Below are positions 55,160 to 64,000 of a stretch of DNA of 64,000 nt, in pieces (the first letter of the stretch is position 1; every line of letters starts with the position of its first letter). The notes beneath the pieces are model-generated. The model did not search any database. It worked only from the letters and a program-made list of their open reading frames with translations, and had not been told where the DNA came from. The position numbers were made by a program, and so were the translations under genes. The stretch is from Kudoa neothunni (lineage: Eukaryota; Animalia; Cnidaria): the NCBI GenBank assembly GCA_964304625.1, contig OZ199838.1:14689907-14753906 (forward strand). Reading direction: 5' to 3'.

Positions 55160-56620
55160 ACCACTTTGCTAACCTCGAAGGTGTGCGATTCGCAACGATA
55201 TTTAAATTTAAGTTTCCGTTGAGTTTCCGATTTGCGAAAATTGAGTTTAGTATGTGTCATTGATGTTTATAAATTGCTGAATAAGTTGCATTTAATTAAA
55301 AATAAGATGTTATTGCTGGTTGGTGTGGTTACGACTCAATAAGTAACCGCGTGGAAACATTCAACTATCCGATGATTTAAGCGGGATTTCGAAATATATT
55401 AAGATTAATCCTATTAATCATGCATTTAAAAACTAAGAAAGGTAATTAATATTACAAAATTAAATAATCGGAAATAAATTATGAATTGATGAAAATATAT
55501 TTGAGCTTATAGATTTAAATTATTAATCCGGTAAAGATTTATAATTCTTTCGTGAGACACTCTAAACCTACAAAATAACTAGACCAAACGTGTTTTCAAT
55601 AAATAATTTTTGTTTAATTGTTATTTAACCTTGAATGTAGTAATTTTTTAATAGTTAAAGAGATAAAATTCATTGTATATACTTGTAGTAGGTATACCAT
55701 TGTTGATGGAAAGATAACTGTCATTGTTTTTAGATGTATAATTAATATTTCGAGAGATTCATGAGAAGTTGATTTAAATCTGTAAAAAATATTATATTTT
55801 GAGATTTTAAATTTTAAAGAATTAATATAAGATTTCTTAATCAACTAGAATTAATTAAATAATGTTGGGCATTAGAAATTATCTGGGCTTGTTTATTTAC
55901 ATAAAATATTTATTTACTAATATTACGGTAACTAATTATTCGTTATATATTTAATTTTGAAATTGTAAAAAATAATGAATATAATATTAATGAATACTTA
56001 ACTTGAGCATTAATAATGATAGATTACAAATAGTCGCGAAATCATTGCTCAAAATGTAACTTCTAGATGCTTCGTATAATTCATGAGTTCATGTTTAGAC
56101 AGAATTATGAGTAAAAAGAACCATATTCATTAAATCAAATTAAACGAGGCGATAACTATAAATCATATTATGGATTAGATTGCAGGACCATTATTCTGAG
56201 ATGATTATGTTTATCTGTTGTAACTAAGTTACTCCTAGGATGACTGTGAAGTTACCTTCATGTATATGAGAAAAAATTTAATAAATATAAAACAGCAAAT
56301 TAGAAATTCTAAAGTTGAAAGATGAAATATTTCAAAACATTGTGACATTTGATTCGAATTGGGAAAATGCTTTAGAGAAAAAACATCATATTACATCATA
56401 TTAATGTATTTATGGTTATTTAAGAAAAGTGTGAGTTAATATTTTGATGGCTATTACTTCATGAGGCTAACAAATATCAATTTTGGTAGTAATGGAGATA
56501 TACGAACTGTTTTATTTTAGGTTTTGTGAGTACGTCCTATGCGAAGAAAGATTGAAAGGCTGATTTTTGATTGTAGATTAACTTATATATTTAATGGAAT
56601 CGATATAATTGCAGTAATTA

Positions 56621-57463
56621 CAGTCGTGCCTCGATATTGCGTAATATCTTGGGGCGAGGGAAAAATTACGCAATATCGAAACATCTGCGAACGCACAATA
56701 ACTTCTAATTTAACATGATCTACAAAATAACTCATCTACTACATAATTTTTCGATTTATTTACTAATAAATTTTCGTACAACGTCTTTAACTTGACGTAC
56801 GGTAAATGATTTATTAGAACTCTTAAATGCATACGCTTTTGCGCAGATTTATAAGATTTTTTACTTGAAACGTTGTAATGATTTAGTCGTTGTGTATGAG
56901 ATCAGGATCCTCACTCCAAAAAGAATATTTACTTTGATCATCTTAATTTAATTGTATAACTTCATTTTCTCAAAACAAAATAATATCATTACACATTATT
57001 ATCTACACATATGAATATTAAAATTTTCCTATTAATTTATAATACTATTTCATTATCGTATTACTCTAAGGATTTATCTTTTTATTTTTTAATAAATATG
57101 AAATAACATAAATTATTTTTTCCTGAAAATAGGCGACTTATTAACGCAATTATTAATTTTTGACCTGTAAACACTCCCCGAGGCAATTTTTAAGTAATCA
57201 ATAACGTCATATTTAAATATTCCTGGGTCTTCCTCTACGAATAACATATTTCTTAATAATATTTTTCTCTAATTGGCTTTTAAGCGATGAATTATTCCCA
57301 GATCAATTGGTCGCATCACACAAGCAGTGTTTTTGAAAGATATAAAAGCTGGATGTTTTTGAAATAATCCATTGATTAAGGACGATATGAGCGATGTTCT
57401 AGTAAAATTAAAATCTTTCTGTTACCTTTAATGAACCTCTAGTTCATATTTTATATGATCTGG

Positions 57464-57503
<40 letters not shown>

Positions 57504-58485
57504 GAAGATAATCACCTATTCATTCGATAATGAAATTAAATTGAAATTTCTTTAATTCCCGTAAAACAACTAGTTTTCCTAAAATTTTCTTAATACTTTT
57601 GAATGAAATTTTTATGAGGTCATCGAAGCAGTGACGAAAACCGTAACGCGCTCTTGAATCGTTTTACACCCTTACATTGTGTTAATTTTTAACAATGGTC
57701 GTACAGTGTATCAGCTGTTCATAAAAATGAGCCGTCTCATCCAAATTTAATATGTATTCCGGATTGTATCTTGACAGAATCTCGGGAAAATTTCCCATCA
57801 GTTAATAAATATATTTACAATCAGCGTTCTCCTCCGTGCAATTCGAATTTTTCGGACCGTAACGCCTTCTGCAATTATTAAACTAACCCTCGCTCCCATT
57901 AAAATCTTTCATTCAAATATCTTTGACAATTATACACGATTACTCAATCATTAAAAAACTAGATAATAGTTTTTTTCTCGCATTCCAACCGCCCAATAGT
58001 AAAAATTATTTTAATACCTTTATATTTTCTGGGTTTAAATATTTTTCAAGATTTTGAAATGTTAGAGTCCATGGTTTTGTCTTGTTTAGAAAAAGTTCTA
58101 AAAAGATTTAAATAACCTAATTTAAATTATCGAACATTATTGAAGTTAATATAATTTGGTTAACCGAAACGTTTTACAGTATTATCATTAGCACCACGTA
58201 TAAACTTAAAAAATCATAATAATAAATTATTTTTATTATGTTCACTTTAGTTATTTGAGAACTTAAAATGCTTTTTATAATTCATCCATCAGATTAAAAC
58301 AAAAAATGAATTACGCAGTTGCGAGACACAAGGTTTTTCCTAATTTATTTGATATCGGCTTCTTAAAAACTTCTTTTTAATAATTATCCATTGAAGAATA
58401 TTTAAAATGATTATTTCGTTTTGTTTAGTGAATTACAGCACATAATGCTAATAAAGTAGAATTACACAATATCGAGGCACAACTG
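56621..58485 (-). mobile_element. Tigger/pogo-like element with a decayed transposase
   Basis: TA|cagtcgtgcctcgatattgcgtaat ... attacacaatatcgaggcacaactg|TA (23/25). Minus-strand fragments NLDETAHFY and NTACVMRPIDLGII. Confidence 0.88.
57465..57496. repeat. (TA)n microsatellite
   Basis: About 16 TA units, lying inside the Tigger element. Confidence 0.9.
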
Positions 58486-60193
58486 TATAATTAGGCACCA
58501 ATGTACTGTTTTGAGAGAGATATTATGGATTCATCCGTATTAAAAAATTTTTTAATGTTTATTTATTTTTTTAAATTTAATAAAAAAAATTCGTTCCTTA
58601 TTTAAGAATCTAGTGTTATTAGCGTAATTAAAAGGTGGGGTATAATAAACTTTTATTTCACATCTCAACAAATAAACAATAACCACGTGGTCATATTTCC
58701 GGAAATATTTTTAAATCTATAAAGAAAAATGACAGAGAAATGAGAGTTAATGAAATGAATAAAAATCCTAAATTTTGGGCTCATTTTATTTAGGAAATTA
58801 TTATTGGCGCGGTTAATAATATTCAGGAGTCATTTAGTTTTGATTATATTTAATAATCCCCGGTCTACCGCTTCGTTTTTAGGTACTAGAAATAATTTAA
58901 TATAACTGATAATGGCTAAAAGGTGTTCCTAATTTATTTAGCGTTATTAGATATAAATATGCTTTAACAATATTTTAAACTGATAGTTTCACCAGTAACG
59001 AATTATTTAATTGCTTATTAATATCAAAAATATGTAAGACAAACAATAACAAATGTAACGACGCATGATTCATGATATATCCTAAGTTCTCAATATCATC
59101 GGGATTTTATATTTTAAATCTATTAGAACACCATAAATACATTTTGTTATAGAATTCAATATATCTCCAGCATGAATGATTGTATTTTTTAAATTTCTCT
59201 CTGAGTCTTTAAATTTGTTACTTTCTTAGATTATTCGGTGTGACGTGGTCATCTTAGGGTCCAGGAAGTAATATGGTAGTATATTCACTCGTAATTTTAA
59301 TCAAATTAATTTAATAACGCCTTTTAGGTGATAAAGGGGCTGGTTAATTTTTCTGATTAAATACCAAAAAATCCATAAATTTTATTTGTTAATCGTCTAA
59401 ATTATTTCTTAGGAAACCATTTCTAAGCAAGAATAACACTGTCTTTCATAGCTTTCGTGTATTTTGTGATATGTAAATTATATTTTACCTGTTAATAGTT
59501 CACCTTATGTAATTAAAAGTACATCATCAATTCAATTATTTAAATAATCTCGCATTTCACTTTATAATAAATAATAAATATTTTCCATTCGTTCTATACT
59601 AAAAGGATTAAATTATTACATTTCTTACTAATAATTTTTTTTTAAATTTACTAACTCGGAATTAAGATAAAGTTTTTGTTGGTATGACTAAAATGACGAC
59701 AAGAATTATCTACTCGTTTTTATTTGGCTTTCCTAATCACAAAACTTGGCAACCGAAGAATCCGATTGATAATAAATTGAGTCATGAAATGTCACCGAAT
59801 AAGAGTTAAATATATTTTTTGCAATAAATTCGTTTTAATTCTTTTGAAACTTTTTTATTTTTGGCGTTAATTAATAATTTTTATAATCTATATAATACAT
59901 ATGGAAAAATAATCTACGCTATAAATCGATCCTGAAACTTGAAATGATTTATAATATGTATATTACATTTATTTTATTCAAAAGCTAAGCTGAACAAGTT
60001 TTTCAAATGTATTAACGAATACTCGTAACGCAATTTTCAAAACGGGTAGTATCTAAGTTTTATCTTACTAAAATCCACTTCGTCCAATATATTGAATCAA
60101 TTCATAAAAGAATTTTATCTCAAATGTCAATAAACACTTAATCTCGTCCAAGTACCAATTTTTTTTAATTACCGAATTTCATTATTCAATATA

Positions 60194-61803
60194 ATGTTTA
60201 CGCTATTATTTTTACACACTTTCTTAACAATTGTTTCGCTCGGTAATGTTAAATTTTATAATTGTCATGATTTCGTAATAGAAAGAGCCTTAGATTCATA
60301 TGACTTGGACGTGGGCGAATCCCCTTCATGGATGGACGAAAAACAAAAAGCCGCAGCCGTAGTTGATAGGTGGTACGCGGACAAAAACTCTGCCAAATGC
60401 AAGCCATTCAAATATCTAGGTTCTCTTGGAAATTTTAACAACTTTGTTTCCGAAGCTGTTTGCAAATATCACTGTAAATATATTTCACCGTATAGTTTAT
60501 TTATATGAAGTATAGTAATATTTACACCAGAAGAAAAATCGAACGCATGCCTGCAACCTATGTCACCAGGAATCTGTACGGTTTCGGAACAAAACCAACA
60601 AGAACGATGGTATTATTCGAAAGAATCTGTTAAAGGTAGTGCTGAAAATTCATGCCATATGTTTAAATACACTGGGTGTGGTGGAAACGCTAATAACTTT
60701 GCGACGGAAACTGAGTGCAAAAACGCTTGCCATAGTACTACAATTTTTCAAACGCGAAATTATTATTATTTCGATCGTAAATTTAAGATAAAGAAAATAG
60801 CCAAGTGACCGGCAATATATCGGAAGATGCGCTCACCAAAGTGCCAAATGAATTTGACTGCCTTTTTGCAGCAGAAGTAGACGACGACAGACCAAAAATG
60901 GGAATTGTTCTTCACAAAGATAAAAAAAGATGTGTTTATGCAGCGGTAGGAAGGGAATCCAAAAGAGGTCATTTTAAAGAACTTCCTACTTGTGTAAAAA
61001 CATGCATAAGTATCAGGCTTTTTGTGATTTATTTAACTTTAATAGCTGAATATGTCGCTGCTTGCAACTCTACCGGCCCATTCCAATAACACCTGACGTC
61101 ACTGTGGAATCCGAAGACGGTCTAAATGAATACTTTTATTTTGATAAAAATAAACAAGCTTGTTTACGATTTATTTCTCAAGCTCCTAGAGATCCAATTA
61201 GAGTAGACGATGGCCAAGAGAATATCTTTAGTTCAGTAGAACTATGTGCAAGTTTTTGTCCCGCAAGTATTTCATGATACTTACATTTCCTCATATTTTT
61301 TAAAAAACTCAGCTAGTCATCTTGATGATATTAAAGCTGTAAAAGCCTGTGAACAAAAAGAAGTAGGAGTGGCAGCAGACGGTGATAAATACAAATTACC
61401 TAGATATCATTATACAGCAACTGGAGAAAATGAAGGAAATTGTGTTGAATTCAAATTTAATGGAAAAGTTATGAACCTGAATAACTTTAAAGACAAGACT
61501 GCCTGTGAAAATATATGCAAAACACCTCTAACATCTGCTTCTGCCATTTCTGTTGTTCCCAGTGCATCTAATGGTGCTGTGGTTAATCCTGACAATGGTG
61601 ATAATCTTCAAGGAACAACACAAGAAGGAAGTATACAAGTTCTCACTAGCGATGTTTCTAGAGAAACAAGTGGTAAGCAAGGTGATGCTACGTCTGGTGT
61701 CACTAGGGATAATCCTCCAATTACTGACCAAGAGGGACTTAATCAAAATCAAAGTGGTGGTGGGGCAGCAAGTGAAGTCAATGGGAAAAGTGTTGGTTCT
61801 TAG
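60194..61803 (+). CDS. Secreted protein with five Kunitz/BPTI-like domains and a Ser/Thr/Gly/Asn-rich tail
   Basis: A hydrophobic signal-peptide exon followed by five domain exons: RWY..C.PFKYLGSLGNFNNF..C; RWYY..CHMFKYTGCGGNANNF..C...C; two degenerate domains; RYHY..CVEFKFNG..NLNNF..C...C. A 1-nt frameshift lies near 61078. Confidence 0.88.
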
Positions 61804-64000
61804 GGTTATGGAGATAATCTTTACGTAATTGGTTTATCTTTATGTGAAAAATTGAATAAATTATCTCGAAACACTTCAAAGAATTTATATATCTAACAAA
61901 CTAAAGAAAATATTCCATTAATAATAATGTGGTTAATTTTTTTACTGCATTTTTTTGCGTTAATTCATTTTGTTTCAATAAACGGATATTAATCCTCCGA
62001 GCCCAATAGAACTTGTCAGTTTGCACCGCAAACAAAATTGTAGTGCATTTTTCTCAAAAGTTCGAAATCCAACTAAGTTGAAACCTTTAATGTTGATCTA
62101 TTATATATTAATGTATTCCGATTGTGTGTTAAAATATTTATTAATAATTTCAATAAATTTTTACATTTAGAACACCTTCCCGGTAAAAAGGAGTCAATTA
62201 TGACCCCTTATTTTTTAATATTTGAAAGAGTTTGAAATGCTATCTTCTTTTTTAAAATGGAAGTAAAATTGGATATTAAAAACTTCTCAAATTTAATTAG
62301 CGATTCTTACATACACGTACTAGAACAGAGAAATCTTTCTTTGCTATGGCGAATATAGATTTTATGAAATATTGATAGCATTGACACTAATAACGGTTAC
62401 ATGCCAGATCCTTGTATCTGAAGGAATATAAATATTATTATTATAAAAATAATACAGAACTTATTGATTATGATGATTTACATAATGGTAATTGTAAAAA
62501 TGAGTGTAGTTTTGACTAGACCAAAAAAATAGACACCTAATGAAAATATGATTAATTTTCGTCATGGCGTACGTGTCACGGTACATTAAGACTTAAAGAT
62601 GAATTCCATTTCTTCGGCTGTTTTTTCATTGTATTTCTACTTCCAATATATTTAATGTTAATATAACACATTTTACTCTGATTTTGATGTTAAATATATT
62701 AATATAATATCGACTATTTTAAGCAAAGTTATATAAATTCACAATTAGAGAGTATTCCTAAAATAATATTTTATCCTTTTGAATAATAAAATGATGAATA
62801 TTTGAAATGTGGTGAGAATTGTGAATTATTGATTTTTTTCTAGAATAGACTATTTTAAAATATTTATTTCGATTTATTTTTAGCCGGTTCTTCAAAATAA
62901 CAAATTATAATATATATTAGAAAATATAATACCCCTTTTTGATTCTATCTTAGCTAACAATATTATATATATATGTGAAAGTAGGTGAATGAAGCCTTAA
63001 GTTGGTATTGTGCACTTGCATGATTGCTTCCAAAATAATTTAACGCGCAATTAATGATAAAGTTGTTTTGCTTTACATTTTAGATTTCTAAAAGAGATAG
63101 AAAAATTCTTTCTTATTAAAAAAGTTACATAAAACCGTGTGGCCCAAATAAATTTTATTTCACTCGGAAAATGTCCTATTTGGATGTACTTTGAATGTTC
63201 AGGAAAATATTTAACCTTAGAAGGAATGAAATTTGAATCGAAAAATATTTTTCACCTAGAGACGTAATGGTTGAACAACTTTAACTAATTTTATAGGTAA
63301 AATTTTGAATGATATGCCCATAATCAGATTTTACAGATTATCACAATTTTGTTTATGATTTATAAATAAATTCTTGACTGAGACAAAAAAAATTAGGGCT
63401 TAACTTATAACAAACAATATCTAATCAGACGTAAATATTTTCTCAGCCTAGATGAAAAATTTAAATATTTTGTATGTTAATTGTTTTTGATTTAAAGATA
63501 TAATGTACCAACAAATTAGGCAGTAAATAAGGAATAATTAAAGTGGCAGAGCACATAAACGATTTCATCCGAATGTTGAAATCTTGAAAAAATATTCCCT
63601 TTTATTTTAAAATAATATATTTTAACCCAACCATTTTAATATTCCAATTTTACAAATAGATAATTTCGAATGTAATTTTCTTTGTTGAGTAGGCTTTTTT
63701 GTATTGGCTTTATTTTAGTACCAACCTTCATCTTTTTTAATTTCAACTCAACATCTTATTTGACAAAAATCAAAATGAAGATATTTAGTAATTCCTTCTA
63801 TTTGAGATCAGCTTTATTTCGTCATTTTTATTTTAATAACGTAAAATTAAATAATTTTCCATTAACTATATTTATTATTATAAAATAATTTAAAAATTCC
63901 ATCTTTGATTATTTTTAAAATTTTTTAAATCAATTAAAAGTATGATCATTTAGACACTTATTTTTAATTCACATCGAAATATTATTCTTTGTGTTATTTT

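Noticed and set aside
61070-61095. Programmed frameshifting in the Kunitz gene, and likewise at the exportin-like start (~39612)
   Set aside because: Each is fixed by adding one base to a short homopolymer and has no slippery heptamer or stimulatory structure. Assembly indels are the simpler explanation.
62170-63225. Possible piggyBac-like MITE (ggagtcaattatgacccc palindrome)
   Set aside because: No convincing TIR pair or TTAA TSDs.

Overview
AT-rich eukaryotic nuclear DNA with animal-like genes broken by very short GT-AG introns (mostly ~37-80 nt). A streamlined metazoan parasite such as a myxozoan is a plausible source, but this is inference only. Ten host genes can be reconstructed by manual splicing: IMMP1L-like peptidase (-), RidA/UK114 (-), CCT4 (+), MARK/PAR-1 kinase (+), DLST (-), mitochondrial uL2 (-), a divergent exportin-4-like gene (-), VPS45 (-), cytochrome c1 (-) and a secreted five-Kunitz-domain protein (+). 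Intergenic space and one large intron hold many decayed DNA transposons (Tigger/pogo, Tc1-like, hAT MITEs, piggyBac, and a near-intact FLYWCH-MULE). The most notable observations are: (1) a DLST with two tandem, exon-duplicated lipoyl domains; (2) a five-Kunitz protein with pairwise disulfide losses; (3) a nested Tigger>hAT>MULE structure in which the MULE plus ~3.2 kb of unexplained cargo is bracketed by an 80-bp direct repeat; (4) a 76-bp collapsed piggyBac forming a perfect 25-bp hairpin. No complete new multi-gene system could be demonstrated from sequence alone. Exon boundaries were read by eye and may be off by a few bases.
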